Assembly (NCBI GenBank): GCA_038087875.1
Contig: CM075995.1
Span: 8,868,001-8,932,000 of the forward strand
Origin: Malacoraja senta
Taxonomy: Eukaryota
Direction: 5' to 3'
DNA: 64,000 bases
Under the pieces are notes generated by a model, which made no database searches, was not told the origin of the DNA, and saw only the letters and a program-made list of their open reading frames with translations. Shown here in pieces: positions 39,976 through 52,426 of the stretch (its first letter is position 1; the number at the start of each line of letters is the position of its first letter). The position numbers were made by a program, and so were the translations under genes.

Positions 39976-40175
39976 NNNNNNNNNNNNNNNNNNNNNNNNN
40001 NNNNNNNNNNNNNNNNNNNNNNNNNNNNNNNNNNNNNNNNNNNNNNNNNNNNNNNNNNNNNNNNNNNNNNNNNNNNNNNNNNNNNNNNNNNNNNNNNNNN
40101 NNNNNNNNNNNNNNNNNNNNNNNNNNNNNNNNNNNNNNNNNNNNNNNNNNNNNNNNNNNNNNNNNNNNNNNNNNN
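39976..40175. other. Assembly gap (200 N)
   Basis: Run of N. Confidence 1.
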
Positions 40176-43100
40176 CGAAGGGCCCCAAACGTCACCCATT
40201 CCTTCTCTCCAGAGATGCTGCCTCTGTCCCGCTGAGTTGGCTCCAGCATTGAGTGTCTTATCTTCGGCAGGAAGGAACTGCAGATGCTGGTTTACGCCGA
40301 AGACAGACCCAAAAATGCTGGAGTAACTCGGCAGGACAGGTATCTGAAGAGGGTGACATCTCTTGACCCGAGATGTCACCTACACCTTTTCTCAAGAGTG
40401 CAGAGAAGATTTACGTTTAAGAAGGAATGCAGATGCTGGAAAAATCGAAGGTAGACAAAAAAAATTGCTGGAGAAACTCAGCGGGTGAGGCAGCATCTAT
40501 GGAGAGAAGGAATAGGCGACGTTTCGGGTCGAGACCCTTCTTCAGACTGATGTTGGGGGAGGGGGTGGGAAAAAGAAAGGAAGAGGCGGAGACAGTGGGC
40601 TGTGGGGAGAGCTGGGAAAGGGAGGGGAAGGAGGGAGAAAGCAGGGACTACCTGAAATTGGAGGTCAATGTTCATACCGCTGGGGTGTAAACTACCCAAG
40701 CGAAATATGAGGTGCTGTTCCCCCAATTTGCGCTGGGCCTCACTCTGGCCATGGAGGAGGCCCAGGACAGAAAGGTCGATTCAGAATGGGAGGAGGAGTT
40801 GAAGTGCTGAGCCACCGGGAGATCAGGTTGGTTAATACGGAGAAGATTTACGAGGATGTTTACGGGACTCGAGAGCCTGAGCTACTGGGATAAGTTGGGC
40901 AGGCTAAGACTCTATTCCTTGGAGCGCAGGAGGATGAGGGGGAGAGGTTGTGACATCATGTTGCGGTTGTACAAGACGTTGGTGAGGCTGCTTTGGGGGG
41001 ATTATGCTCAGTTTTGGTCACCCTGCTATAGGAAAGATGCTGTTAAGACTGTGGAGAATAGTGGCGAGGATGTTGCCAGGGCCTGAGCTACAGGGAGAGA
41101 GATTGGGCAGACTAGGACTTTGTTCCTGAATGCAGAAGGGCACAAGTTCATAGGTTCTAGGAGCAGAATTAGGCCATTCAGCCCATCAAGTGTACTCCAT
41201 CATTCAATCATGGCTGATCTATTTTTCCCTCTCGACCCTATTCTCCTGCCTTCACCCCGTAACCCCTGACACCCGTAGTGATCAAGAATCTGTCAATCTC
41301 CGCCTCAAAAAATATCCATTAACTTGGCCTCCACAGCCTTCTGTGGCAAAGAATTCCACAGATTCACCACCCTCTGACTAAAGAAATTGCTTATCATCTC
41401 CTTTTTAAAGGTACGTCCATTTATTCTGAGGCTGCGCCCTCTGGTCCTAGACTCTCCCACTAGTGGACACATCCTCTCCTTAGTCCCCCTTCGGTCGTGG
41501 CTGGCCATGGGTGTCTCCAAGGTTGGAGGACGCCTGTGCGTGACTTTGTTTAACGTGGGGAGACTGGTGCACAGACAGCCCCCCCCACGGTCCTTGACAG
41601 ATCTGGGTCAGGATCCAGTGGCATGGAGTCCAAGACGACCGGAGACCCTTTTCTGCTGCAGCCTTCATCCGCCTTCCCAGCCGTTGTGACGCTCCACTAA
41701 GGTCAGCCATCGTCCTCCGCCTGTTCCACCGTTGAGGTCTTGGTTGGATTGGCTCTTTGTCAGAGACCTCCCCTCGACCTTACTGGCATGGGTGGGCCTA
41801 CCAGGAGAATAGCTCCAGACGGCATCGCTCTCAGGATCTCAGGTCCACACAAGCTTCTCCACCACGACAAGGTGACAATCCACGGAGAAACATCCTCTCC
41901 AGATCCGCTCTATCCAGGCCTTTCATTATTCGGTAAGTTTCAATGAGATCCCCCCTCAACCTTCTAAACTCCAGCGAGTACAGGCCCAGTGCCGTCAAAC
42001 GCTCAGCATGGGTTAACCCACGAGGGTGAGGGGTGAGATGTTGGCATGGTAATGGGCCTGTCCCACTTCGCCGATTTTTCAGCGGACTGCCAAGTTGCCG
42101 GCAGTCGTCTGAAAAACCGGCAACTGGAACAGCGACTGTCAGAGTGGAACACACACACACACACAAACACAAACACAAAGCTTCCTTCACCAGCCCATTA
42201 TGCAGGCGGGGACAGGGTAAGCGGGGGGAGCGCTGTCTAAAAAATTCACACGGTGCAAAGCCAAGGTGATACAGACACACACCGCGATGAACGGGAAGGT
42301 TGGAGCTGTAATTATGACGGCTAAAGCACAGTGTACGGTAACTCCTTTAAAATGGGGGGGGGGGGGGGAGAAGGTGGGAGAAGGAGTGGGGACAACCTTT
42401 AAGAAGTCTGTGAAGCTCGGCGGACATTTAACATTACCGGTCGGTTATCCTTGGTTCTGAAAACTACCGCTTACCTTTTTTTTCCCCCGATGAGCCAATG
42501 AAATTCACCGGTCAGCACCGGCTACAACCTACGAGAACCTCTGAGAATCTTTGACCTCCTGGCAACCCACTAGGACCTCCTGGCGACCCACCTACGGCAC
42601 GGGAATTCTCGCTACTCTCCAGGGCGGCTTCATTCCAGTCGCCGCTAATTGTTCAACATGTTGAAAAATTCTCGGCGACCATAATGAGGCCGCGACTAGT
42701 TCCCAGAATGCGGGAACTCCTCACGACCATGAAGGCGACTCCCCGGCAACCACCCGCGAACATGTGGCGATCGCATAGTCTCCTGCAGTCGCCTAAAAAG
42801 TCGCCTAAGTGAGACAGGCCCATAAAAAGTTACAGTCATACAAGACATTGGTGAGGTCGCATTCGGAGCACTGTGTTGAGTTTTGCTCAACACTGTGAAC
42901 GGAAGGATATCATCAAGTTGGAAAGACTGCAGAGAAGATTTACAAGGATGTTGCCGGGACTCGAGGGCCTGAGGTGTAGGGGGAGGTTGAGCAGTCTAGG
43001 ACTCTATTCCTTGGAGCCGCCGAAGATAAGAGATGATCTTACAGAGGTGTACAAAATCATGAGGCGGATTAGATCGGGTACTTGCACAGGGTAGAAGAAT

Positions 43101-43642
43101 AAAGAACCAGAGGACATAGGTTTAAGACAACATTTTCATTCAGAGGGTGGTGGGTAAATGGGACGAGCTGCCAGAGGAGGGAGTTGAGGCAGGTGCAATA
43201 ACAAAGACATTTGAACAGGAGCATGAAGTCAAGAGTCACAGAGTCATACAGCACGGAAACAGGCTCCACAGATGCTGCCTGACCCGCTGAGTTACTCCAG
43301 CACTCTGAAACATCACCTATCCATGTTCTCCACCGATGCTGCCTGACCCGCTGAGTTACTCCAGCACTCTGTGAAGCGTCACCTATCCACGTTCTCCACC
43401 GATGCTGCCTCTAAGTTACTCCAGCACTCTATCTATCCAGTAACATACCACTCATTAAATTTTACCAACCTTTTTACACCTTGTTTCGGTTTGCTGTTAG
43501 CCAGCTAATCTTCTAGCCCCACTGAAAATCTTTTATGCTATGAATTTTCTATTTCCATCAACCTTTCATGCCTTATCAATGTCTTCTCGAAATCTGTTCT
43601 CATTTATCTACAGTGTATTTTTCTTCGAACATAGAACTGAAC

Positions 43643-43968
43643 ACAGGAACAGGCCCACAGGAACAGGCCCACAATAACGGGCCCACAGGAACGGGCCCAC
43701 AGGAACGGGCCCACAGGAACGGGCCCACAGGAACGGGCCCACAGCAACAGGCCCCATAGCAACAGGCCCCATAGCAACAGGCCCATAGCAACAGGCCCAT
43801 AGCAACAGGCCCATAGCAACAGGCCCACAATAATAGGCCCACAGGAACAGGCCCACAATCATAGGCCCACAGCAACAGGCCCACAATCATAGGCTCACAG
43901 CAACAGGCCCACAATCATAGGCCCACAGCAACAGGCCCACAATAATAGGCCCACAGGAACAGGCCCTT
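43643..43968. repeat. 14-bp minisatellite (AACAGGCCCACAGG / AACAGGCCCATAGC)n; partial copy at 39828-39975 abutting the gap
   Basis: Directly visible. Confidence 0.95.
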
Positions 43969-44094
43969 CAGCCCACATCGTATGTAAGAAAATGATGCCG
44001 ATAAACTAATCTCCTCTGCCTGCACGTGATCCATATCCCTCCATTCCCTGCACTACCATGTGCCTGTTTAAAAGCCTCTTAAATACCACCGATA

Positions 44095-44415
44095 GAAAGA
44101 CACAAAATGCTGGAGCGGGACAGGCAGCATCTCCGGAGAGAAGGAACGGGTGACGTTTCGGGTCGAAACCCCTCTTCAGACAGATGTCAGGGGGAGAGGG
44201 AGATACATAGATAAGAAAGTGTAGAGTGTGAAACCAGGACAAAGGGGATAGTGATCAAGGAAAATATAGAATAGGAGAAGGTAACAATAAAGCAAACAGA
44301 TAAAATGTAGTTAGAAGTCAGACTGGTCGGAGAACTGCGAAGAGGGGAGAGGATGGAAGGCAAGGGTTACTTGAAGTTAGAGGTCACTGTTTATACCGCT
44401 GGGGTGTAAGCTGCC
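44095..44415 (-). mobile_element. Penelope-like element 3' end
   Basis: GIY-YIG tail remnant, UTR and CTGAAGAGGGGTTTCGACCCGAAACGTC motif at ~44152-44179. Confidence 0.65.
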
Positions 44416-47410
44416 GAAGTCTAGCATGTCCAAACCCTTTATAATCTTATATGTTTCAACAGGTGCAGGAGTAGGCCATTTGGCCCTTCGAGCCAGCACC
44501 GCCATTCAATGTGATCATGGCTGATCATCCCCAATCAGTATCCCGTTCCTGCCTTCTCCCCATATCCCCTGACTCCGCTATTTTTAAGAGCCCTATCTAC
44601 CTCTCTCTTGAAAGCATCCAGAGAACCGGCCTCCACCGCCCTCTGAGGCAGAGAATTCCACAGACTCACCACTCTCTGTGAGAAAAAGTTGTTTTTGCAG
44701 ATAGTGAAGATGGTTGTGAATGATTGCAGCAGGATCTGGATCGATTGGCCAGGTGGGCGGAGGAATGGTTGATGGAATTTAGTACAGAGAAGTGTGAGGT
44801 GTTGCATTTTGGGACGTCGAACAAGGGCAGGACCTACACAGTGAATGGTAGGTCTCTGGGTAGTGTTGTAGAGCAGAGGGATCTAGGAGTACAGGTGCAT
44901 GGTTCCTTGAAGGTAGAGTCGCAGGTAGATAAGGTGGTCAACAAGGCTTTTGGCACTCTGGCCTTCATCAGTCAGAGTATTGAGTATAGAAGTTGGGAGG
45001 TCATGTTGCAGTTGTATAAGACGTTCGTGAGGCTGCATTTAGAGTATTGTGTTCAGTTCTGGGCGCCATGTTATAGGAAAGATGTTGTCAAGCTGGAAAG
45101 GGTACAGAGAAGATTTACGAGGATGTTGCCAGGACTAGAGGGTGTGAGCTGTCGGGGGAGGTTGAGCAGGCTGGGACTATTCCTTGGAGCGCAGGAGGAT
45201 GAGGGGTGATCTTCTAGAGCTGTATAAAATCATGTGAGGAATAGATTGGGTAGACGTACAGAGTCTTTTGCCCAGAGTAGAGGAATCAAGAACCAGAGGA
45301 CATGGATTTAAGGCACAGTTCCAGAATAAAAGTATGTTCCTCTAGAAAGGAGATGAGGAGGGATTTCTATAGTACAGCTCATGCACGGACAGACGTCACT
45401 CCCTGTGTAAGCTTCACAGCGTCAGTTCACCTTATTTATTCAAAAAGCTAGACAGAAAGTAGGAGACTCAAGGCCAATTCATTAAACGTGTGTCACGGGG
45501 AAATTGTTAGACGCTGGTTAAATACCACGGAACAATCTGGCAAAGGCAAAATAGTTTAGTGAAAGAGAAATCACGTTTAGTCAAATACCTTGTCGCAAGA
45601 TAAATGAGAACAGGGCGGCAAGATGGTGCAGCGGTAGAGTTGCTGCCTCACAGCGCCAGAATCCCGGGTTCGATCCCGACTACGGGTGCTGTCTGTACGT
45701 CAAAGGCCTCTTCTCCCCGCAACCTACGTGAGTTTTCCCCCGGTCTCAGAATCAAAAGGATGTAACAAGAGGAGTTGAGTAAAGAGGTCCTTCTGCAGTT
45801 GTACAGAGCCCTAGTGAGACCACACCTGGAGTATTGTGTGCAGTTTTGGTCCCCTAATTTGAGGAAGGACATTCTTGCTATTGAGGGAGTGCAGGGTAGG
45901 TTTACAAGGTTAATTCCCGGGATGGCGGGACTGTCATATGCTGAGAGAATGGAGCAGCTGGGCTTGTACACTCTGGAGTTTAGAAGGATGAGAGGGTATC
46001 TCATTGAAACATATAAGATTGTTAAGGGCTTGGACACGCTAGAGGCAGGAAACATGTTCCCGATGTTGGGGGAGTCCAGAACCAGGGGCCACAGTTTAAA
46101 AATAAGGAGTAAGCCATTTAGAAACGGAGACGAGGAAACACTTTTTCTCACAGAGAGTGGCGAGTCTGTGGAATTCTCTGCCTCAGAGGGCGGTGGAGGC
46201 AGGTTCTCTGGATGCTTTCAAGAGAGAGCTAGATAGGGCTCTTAAAAATAGCGGAGTCAGGGGATATGGGGAGAAGGCAGGAACGGGGTACTGATTGGGG
46301 ATGATCAGCCATGATCACATTGAATGGCGGTGCTGGCTCGTAGGGCCGAATGGCCTACACCTGCACCTATTGCCTATTGTCTATCATGCTCGGCACCAAC
46401 ACTGCAGGCCGAAGGGCTGTTCCTTGTGCTGTACTGCTCTACATCCTGGCATAACGGAGTAATATTCTCAGATCACACCTCCGAATGATCATAAGTGGAC
46501 GAATTCTGGTTGGCAAGGCAAACCTGTACAATTTGACGCCCGCTGTGACCAAAGGCCATTTCTCCACTTGTTGTGAAATTAATAAAGGTTTGATTATTTG
46601 TAATTACTGGTTGGTGATTTAGTGGGGAGGGGGGGGGGGGGGGGGGGGGGAGTTGTGTGAAGGAAAGAGAAGCATCTGGAATATTAACCCATAATTCTAC
46701 GGATATAACCACCCCACCCCCTTTGAAAGATTAAAAATGAATCAGGAATCAGTAATGCACCAAGCCACATACAAACAAGCGCAAAGGCAGAGAGAGGCAG
46801 GGATGAAACAAAGACATTAAATTAGACTAAGCATATAGAATAAAGCAAGTGGATTTGAGGGGGGGGGGGCTGAACTGGGAAAATGAGAGGTCTGTTTCCT
46901 TCAAGGATGAGAGATTTGTGTCACTCACTGATTCAGCAGCAAATCACTGCTGTCGAGTATTTTGTCGCCGGCGATGGCAGATTGAAGGGGGAAGGACGGA
47001 TTATGTTATCCAAGTGTGTGTACATCCCGCTTGTCATTCCCATCACGACGCTCATCGATCGCTTCTTGGAGCCCGGGGAACACTAATAGATGGAGTGGTG
47101 GGAGGGGGAAATAAATCTAAACAAATTGTAACTGTACCTTGATGGATGGATGGAGGTGGCGGTGGTGGAAAGCCCGGAAATTCAGTTACATTTTCCCCAA
47201 GAAGCTGCAACGGATGAAAGTAGTTGGGGGGGGGGGGGGGAAAATAAAATAGCCACAACGCACATTGTGCATGTTTTATTTTAGCAGAACCGACGCTAAA
47301 CGAGTTTAGGGGTTCATTTTGGGCAGCAGAGTGGAAAATAACCGAGACAACCTTCGCAATATGCAACGCTTAGAATAACCGAGTAACAACACACACAACA
47401 TGTAGCGATT

Positions 47411-48590
47411 CATTCTTGCCCCCAATTCTAGCCTCTAATGTTGGCCCCTAATTCTTGCCCTCTAATTCTAGCCCTCTAATTCTAGCCCTCTAATTCTAGC
47501 CCTCAATTCTAGCCCCAAATTCCAAGCCCCAAATTCTACCCTCTAATTCTAGCCCCTAATTCTAGTCTCTAATTCTAATTATAGCTCTCTAATTCTAGCC
47601 CCCTAATCATAGCCCTCTAATTCTAGCCTCTAATTCTTGCCCCTAATTCTAGCCCCCTAATTCTAGCCCCCTAATTCTAGCCCTCTAATTCTTGCCGCTA
47701 ATTCTAGCCCCCTAATTCTAGCCCTCTAATTCTAGCCCTCTAATTCTTGCCGCTAATTCTAGCCCCCTAATTCTAGCCCTCTAAATTCTACCCCTCTAAT
47801 TCTACCCCTCTAATTCTACCCCTCTAATTCTAGCCCCTAATTCTAGCCCCTAATTCTACCCTCTAATTCTACCCCTCTAATTCTAGCCCCCTCTAATTCT
47901 ACCCTCTAATTCTACCCCTCTAATTCTAGCCTCTAATTCTACCATCTAATTCTTACCCTCTAATTCTAGCCTCTAATTCTTGCCCCTAATTCTAGCCTCT
48001 AATTCTACCCTCTAATTCTAGCCCCTAATTCTAGCCCTCTAATTCTACCCCTCTAATTCTACCCCTCTAATTCTACCCCTCTAATTCTACCCCTCTAATT
48101 ATAGCCCCTAATACTAGCCTCTAATTCTATCTAATTCTAGCCTCTAATTCTAGCCCTCTAATTCTACCCCTCTAATTCTAGCCCCTAATTCTACCCCTCT
48201 AATTCTAGCCCCTAATTCTAGCCTCTAATTCTAGCCCCTAATTCTAGCCCTCTAATTCTACCCTCTAATTCTACCCCTCTAATTCTAGCCCCTAATTCTA
48301 GCCTCTAATTCTACCCTCTAATTCTAGCCCTCTAATTCTTGCCCCAAATTCTAATTCTAGCCCCTAATTCTAGCCCCCTAATTCTAGCCCCTAATTCTAG
48401 CCCCTAATTCTAGCCCCCTAATTCTAGCCCCCTAATTCTTGCCCCAAATTCTAATTCTAGCCCCTAATTCCAGCCCTCTAATTCTACCCTCTATTTCTAC
48501 CCCTCTAATTCTAGCCCCTCTAATTCTTGCCCCTAATTCTACCCTCTAATTCTACCCTCTAATTCTTACCCCAAATTCTAATTCTTGCCC
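47411..48590. repeat. ~1.2 kb minisatellite of a 12-14 bp unit (TAATTCTAGCCC[T]C)n
   Basis: Directly visible, with strong C/G strand skew. Confidence 0.95.
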
Positions 48591-49284
48591 CCCCCCCCCG
48601 ATATCTTTCTTTTTTTCTAATCGCGTGGAATACAAAACCGACCTGAATATATATACTAGGTGTGTGGAGAAAGACATTGCTATCCATCCACCCACCAAAT
48701 GATGTTGGCCACCGGGCTGAGATTCACAGACGGGGCAACCTATGTCTCAGGGTTGCGAGCTGCCTTTATGTAATTTCGAATGCAATATAAGGGAGACATT
48801 AAAGGCTTACCTGTCCCCGGGAACGGTGCAGTCTGGCTGGGGACGATGTCTCCGTCTGCGATGGTCCGTATGTGCTTCATTTAGACCAACCTGGCAGCGA
48901 GCAAGGCCAGAAATGCCACTTGAATCGGCTCCGTCATCTGACTGTCGCCTCCAATCTCCATAATCTTTTCCGCAATGCTGGGTGAAATTCTCCAGTGGGA
49001 GGGGGTGTAATGGGGGTGTAAGGGGGGGGGGGGGGGGGGGGGGTTTAAAATTAAACAGCGCCTGCTCGACAGAAAAAACCAGACACAATAGAGATCAGAT
49101 GTAAGGAGGAACTGCAGATGCTGGATTACACCGAGGACAGAGACACACACGAAAAAGCTGCACGACTCTAGTCCAAAGACGTGCAGGGTTGTCGGCTCAT
49201 TGGCTTCTGTAAATTGTCCCCAGTGTGTAAGATGGTGCTGGTGTACGAGGTGAAAGGGAAAACGAGAGATACAGACAGTGCTAT

Positions 49285-49319
<35 letters not shown>

Positions 49320-49423
49320 CAGTTTCCTTTATCATCCTCACTTTTTTTGTGCATATTTCATTCATTTGTTCTATATTTCTCCACATCACCGTCCAAATCT
49401 CCTGTTTCCCTCTCCCTGACTCT

Positions 49424-49459
49424 CAGTCTGAAGAAGGGTCTCGACCCGAAACGTCACCT
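49424..49459 (+). ncRNA. Minimal type-I hammerhead ribozyme motif (Penelope-type) at the head of a 66-bp array
   Basis: CUGAAGA (49428-49434), A, stem II GGGU-CUCG-ACCC, GAAAC-GUC (predicted cut after 49455), with palindromic ACGU in place of stem III. Stem I is only ~2 bp, so activity is uncertain. Confidence 0.55.
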
Positions 49460-50160
49460 ATCCATGTTCCCCACAGATGCTGCCTGACCCGCTGAGTTAC
49501 TCCAGCACTCTGTGAAACGTCACCTATCCATGTTCCCCACAGATGCTGCCTGACCCGCTGAGTTACTCCAGCACTCTGTGAAACGTCACCTATCCATGTT
49601 CTCCACAGATGCTGCCTGACCCGCTGAGTTACTCCAGCACTCTGTGAAACGTCACCTATCCATGTTCCCCACAGATGCTGCCTGACCCGCTGAGTTACTC
49701 CAGCACTCTGTGAAACGTCACCTATCCATGTTCCCCACAGATGCTGCCTGACCCGCTGAGTTACTCCAGCACTCTGTGAAACGTCACCTATCCATGTTCC
49801 CCACAGATGCTGCCTGACCCGCTGAGTTACTCCAGCACTCTGTGAAACGTCACCTATCCATGTTCCAGCAGCATCTATGGAGCGAAGGAAATAGGCAACG
49901 TTTCAGCCCGAAACCCTTCCGGGTTTCGGCCCGAAACGTTGCCTATTTCCTTCAGGGTTTCGGCCCGAAAGTTTGCCCATTTCCTTCGCTCCACAGATGC
50001 TGCCTGACCCGCTGAGTTACTCCAGCACTCTGTGAAACGTCACCTATCCACGTTCTCCACAGATGCTGCCTGACCCGCTGAGTTACTCCAGCACTCTGTG
50101 AAACGTCACCTATCCATGTTCTCCCACAGATGCTGCCTGACCCGCTGAGTTACTCCAGCT
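49424..50160 (+). repeat. 66-bp tandem array with hammerhead head and internal fold-back cassette
   Basis: About 6 units + cassette (49868-50003) + about 3 units. Confidence 0.95.
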
Positions 50161-50193
50161 TTTTGTGTCATCAAGAGGGAGGTTCAGTCTGAC

Positions 50194-50228
<35 letters not shown>

Positions 50229-51854
50229 CCCCCCGCCGCTCCTCCTCTCTCTCCCACCCACCCACCACCTCTCAGCTAACTCCCTGGGATTACAAAGATT
50301 CAGCTTGATGGAGGAATAGACTAGAGTCCACGGAGATGAGGAGAAAGACATGATTGCAGCCACCGGATACAAACGAGTGCTTTCTGTCCAGAACCTGGCA
50401 ACAGCTTTCATCCCTGGGTTCATAGTTTTATTATAGTTGAGATACAGGCCCTTCGGCCCACCGAGTCCATGCCGGCCGTTGATTACCTGTACACCAGCAC
50501 TATCCTACACACACTAGGGACAATTTACACAAATCATTATGTCTCCGTTGCGAATTAACCGACAAACGTGCACGTCTTTGTAATCGAGACATGAAGTCAT
50601 ACAGCGTGGATACAGGCCCTTCGGCCCGACATGTCCCAGCTACACTAGTCCCACCTGCCCGCATTTGGTCCATATCCCTCCAAACCGGTCCTAGCCATAT
50701 ACCTGTCTAACAGTTTCTTAAACGTTGGGATAGTCCCAGCCTCAACTACCTCCTCTGGCAGCTCGTTCCATACACCCACCACCCTCTGTGTGTGAAAATA
50801 CTCTATTGGTGAGGCCAATTCTGGAGTATGGTGTACTCCATACTACTGAGAGTAGGGAAGATTCAAACAAGGGGACATGACTTGAGAATTAAGGAACAGA
50901 AGTTCAGGGGTAACATGAGGGGGAACTTCTTTATTCAGAGAGTGGTGGGTGTGTGGAATGAGCTTCCAGTGAAGGTGGTGGAGGCAGGTTCGTTTTTATC
51001 ATTTAAAAATAAATTGGATAGTTATATGGACGGGAAGGGAATGGAGGGTTATGGTCTGAGCGCAGGTATATGGGACTAGGGGAGAATACGTGTTCGGCAC
51101 GGACTAGAAGGGTCGAGATGGCCTGTTTCCGTGCTGTAATTGTGATATGGTTATATGGTTATATTGTTAAAATGCAGCCTCAACAATGTCTTATACAACT
51201 GCAACATGACCTCACAACTTTTATACTCGTCATACTACGTGGAAACAGGCCCTTCGGCCCACCAAATCAGGGCTGTATACTGGCACTATCCTACACACTA
51301 GGGACAATTTACAGAAATTGTTATGTTTCTATTGTCAATTAACCTACGATTCTGCACGTCTTTAGAAAAGAATCATAGGGTGTGGAAACAGGCCCTTCGG
51401 CCCACTGAGTCCACGCAGACCAGCAATCACGCTAGTTCTATCCTACAGACTAGGGACACTTTACAGAAGTAAATTAACCTACAAACCTGCATCTCTTTGG
51501 AACAGTCAGAGCGTGGAAACAGGCCCTTTGGCCCAACCTGCCCAAGCATGTCCCATCTACACTAGTCCCACCTGCCTGTGTTTGGCCCATATCCCTCCAA
51601 ACCTGTCCTATGCATGTAGCAATGTGGGAGGAAACTGGAGCACCCGGAGAAAACCCACATGGTCACAGGGAGAACGTGCAAACTCCGGACTGACACCACC
51701 TGTAGTCAGGATTTTACTTGGGACTCTGGTGCTGTGAGGCAGCAACTCTACCAGCTACACCACTGGACAAAAATACAAAGAGTGGAGCTTCCACTGATAT
51801 AACCGCTTGGGTTTAGACAGATGCAACAGAAGATGCTGGCTTACCAAGGAAAGG

Positions 51855-52225
51855 CACAGAGTGCTGGAGTAACTCAGCGGGTCAGGCAGCATCTGTGGAG
51901 AACATGGATAGTGACGTTTCACAGAGTGCTGGAGTAACTCAGCGGGTCAGGCAGCATCTGTGGAGAACATGGATAGGTGACGTTTCACAGAGTGCTGGAG
52001 TAACTCAGCGGGTCAGGCAGCATCTGTGGAGAACATGGATAGGTGACGTTTCACAGAGTGCTGGAGTAACTCAGCGGGTCAGGCAGCATCTGTGGAGAAC
52101 ATGGATAGGTGACGTTTCAGGTCGGGACCCTCGTTCAGATCGAAGGTGGTCGACTCTGAAGAAGGGTCCCATCCCAAAACGTCACCTATCCATGTTCTCC
52201 ACAGATGCTGCCTGACCTGCTGAGT
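51855..52225. repeat. 66-bp array (4 units) followed by an inverted partial unit
   Basis: Directly visible. Confidence 0.9.
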
Positions 52226-52426
52226 TTAGACTTTACTTTGGAATTGATTTACTTTGGAATTACTTTGGATATGAATGTTATACTGAATCATAGGCTTGAT
52301 ACGACAAGTAAAAAGAAGAATAAGAACCAGTTAACAAAACTACTAAACACTACCTGTGAAGAATTTGGTTTTCTTGATGTCTGGAGGAATTTTCACCCTC
52401 TAGAAAGAGACTATACAGATTACTCA

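Larger units (their letters stand above)
36171..43810. repeat. ~3.7 kb direct duplication (36171-39975 vs 40187-~43810) flanking the gap; probable assembly overlap
   Basis: Same nested elements in the same order; differences are mostly homopolymer indels and array copy number. Confidence 0.9.

Noticed and set aside
40176..43810. Genuine recent segmental duplication
   Set aside because: It abuts a round-number gap and differs mainly by indels, so an assembly overlap is more likely; not excluded without reads
39785..43914. Cys/Gly/Pro-rich ORFs (WACCYGPVAMGLLL...)
   Set aside because: Translations of the 14-bp minisatellite and the N gap
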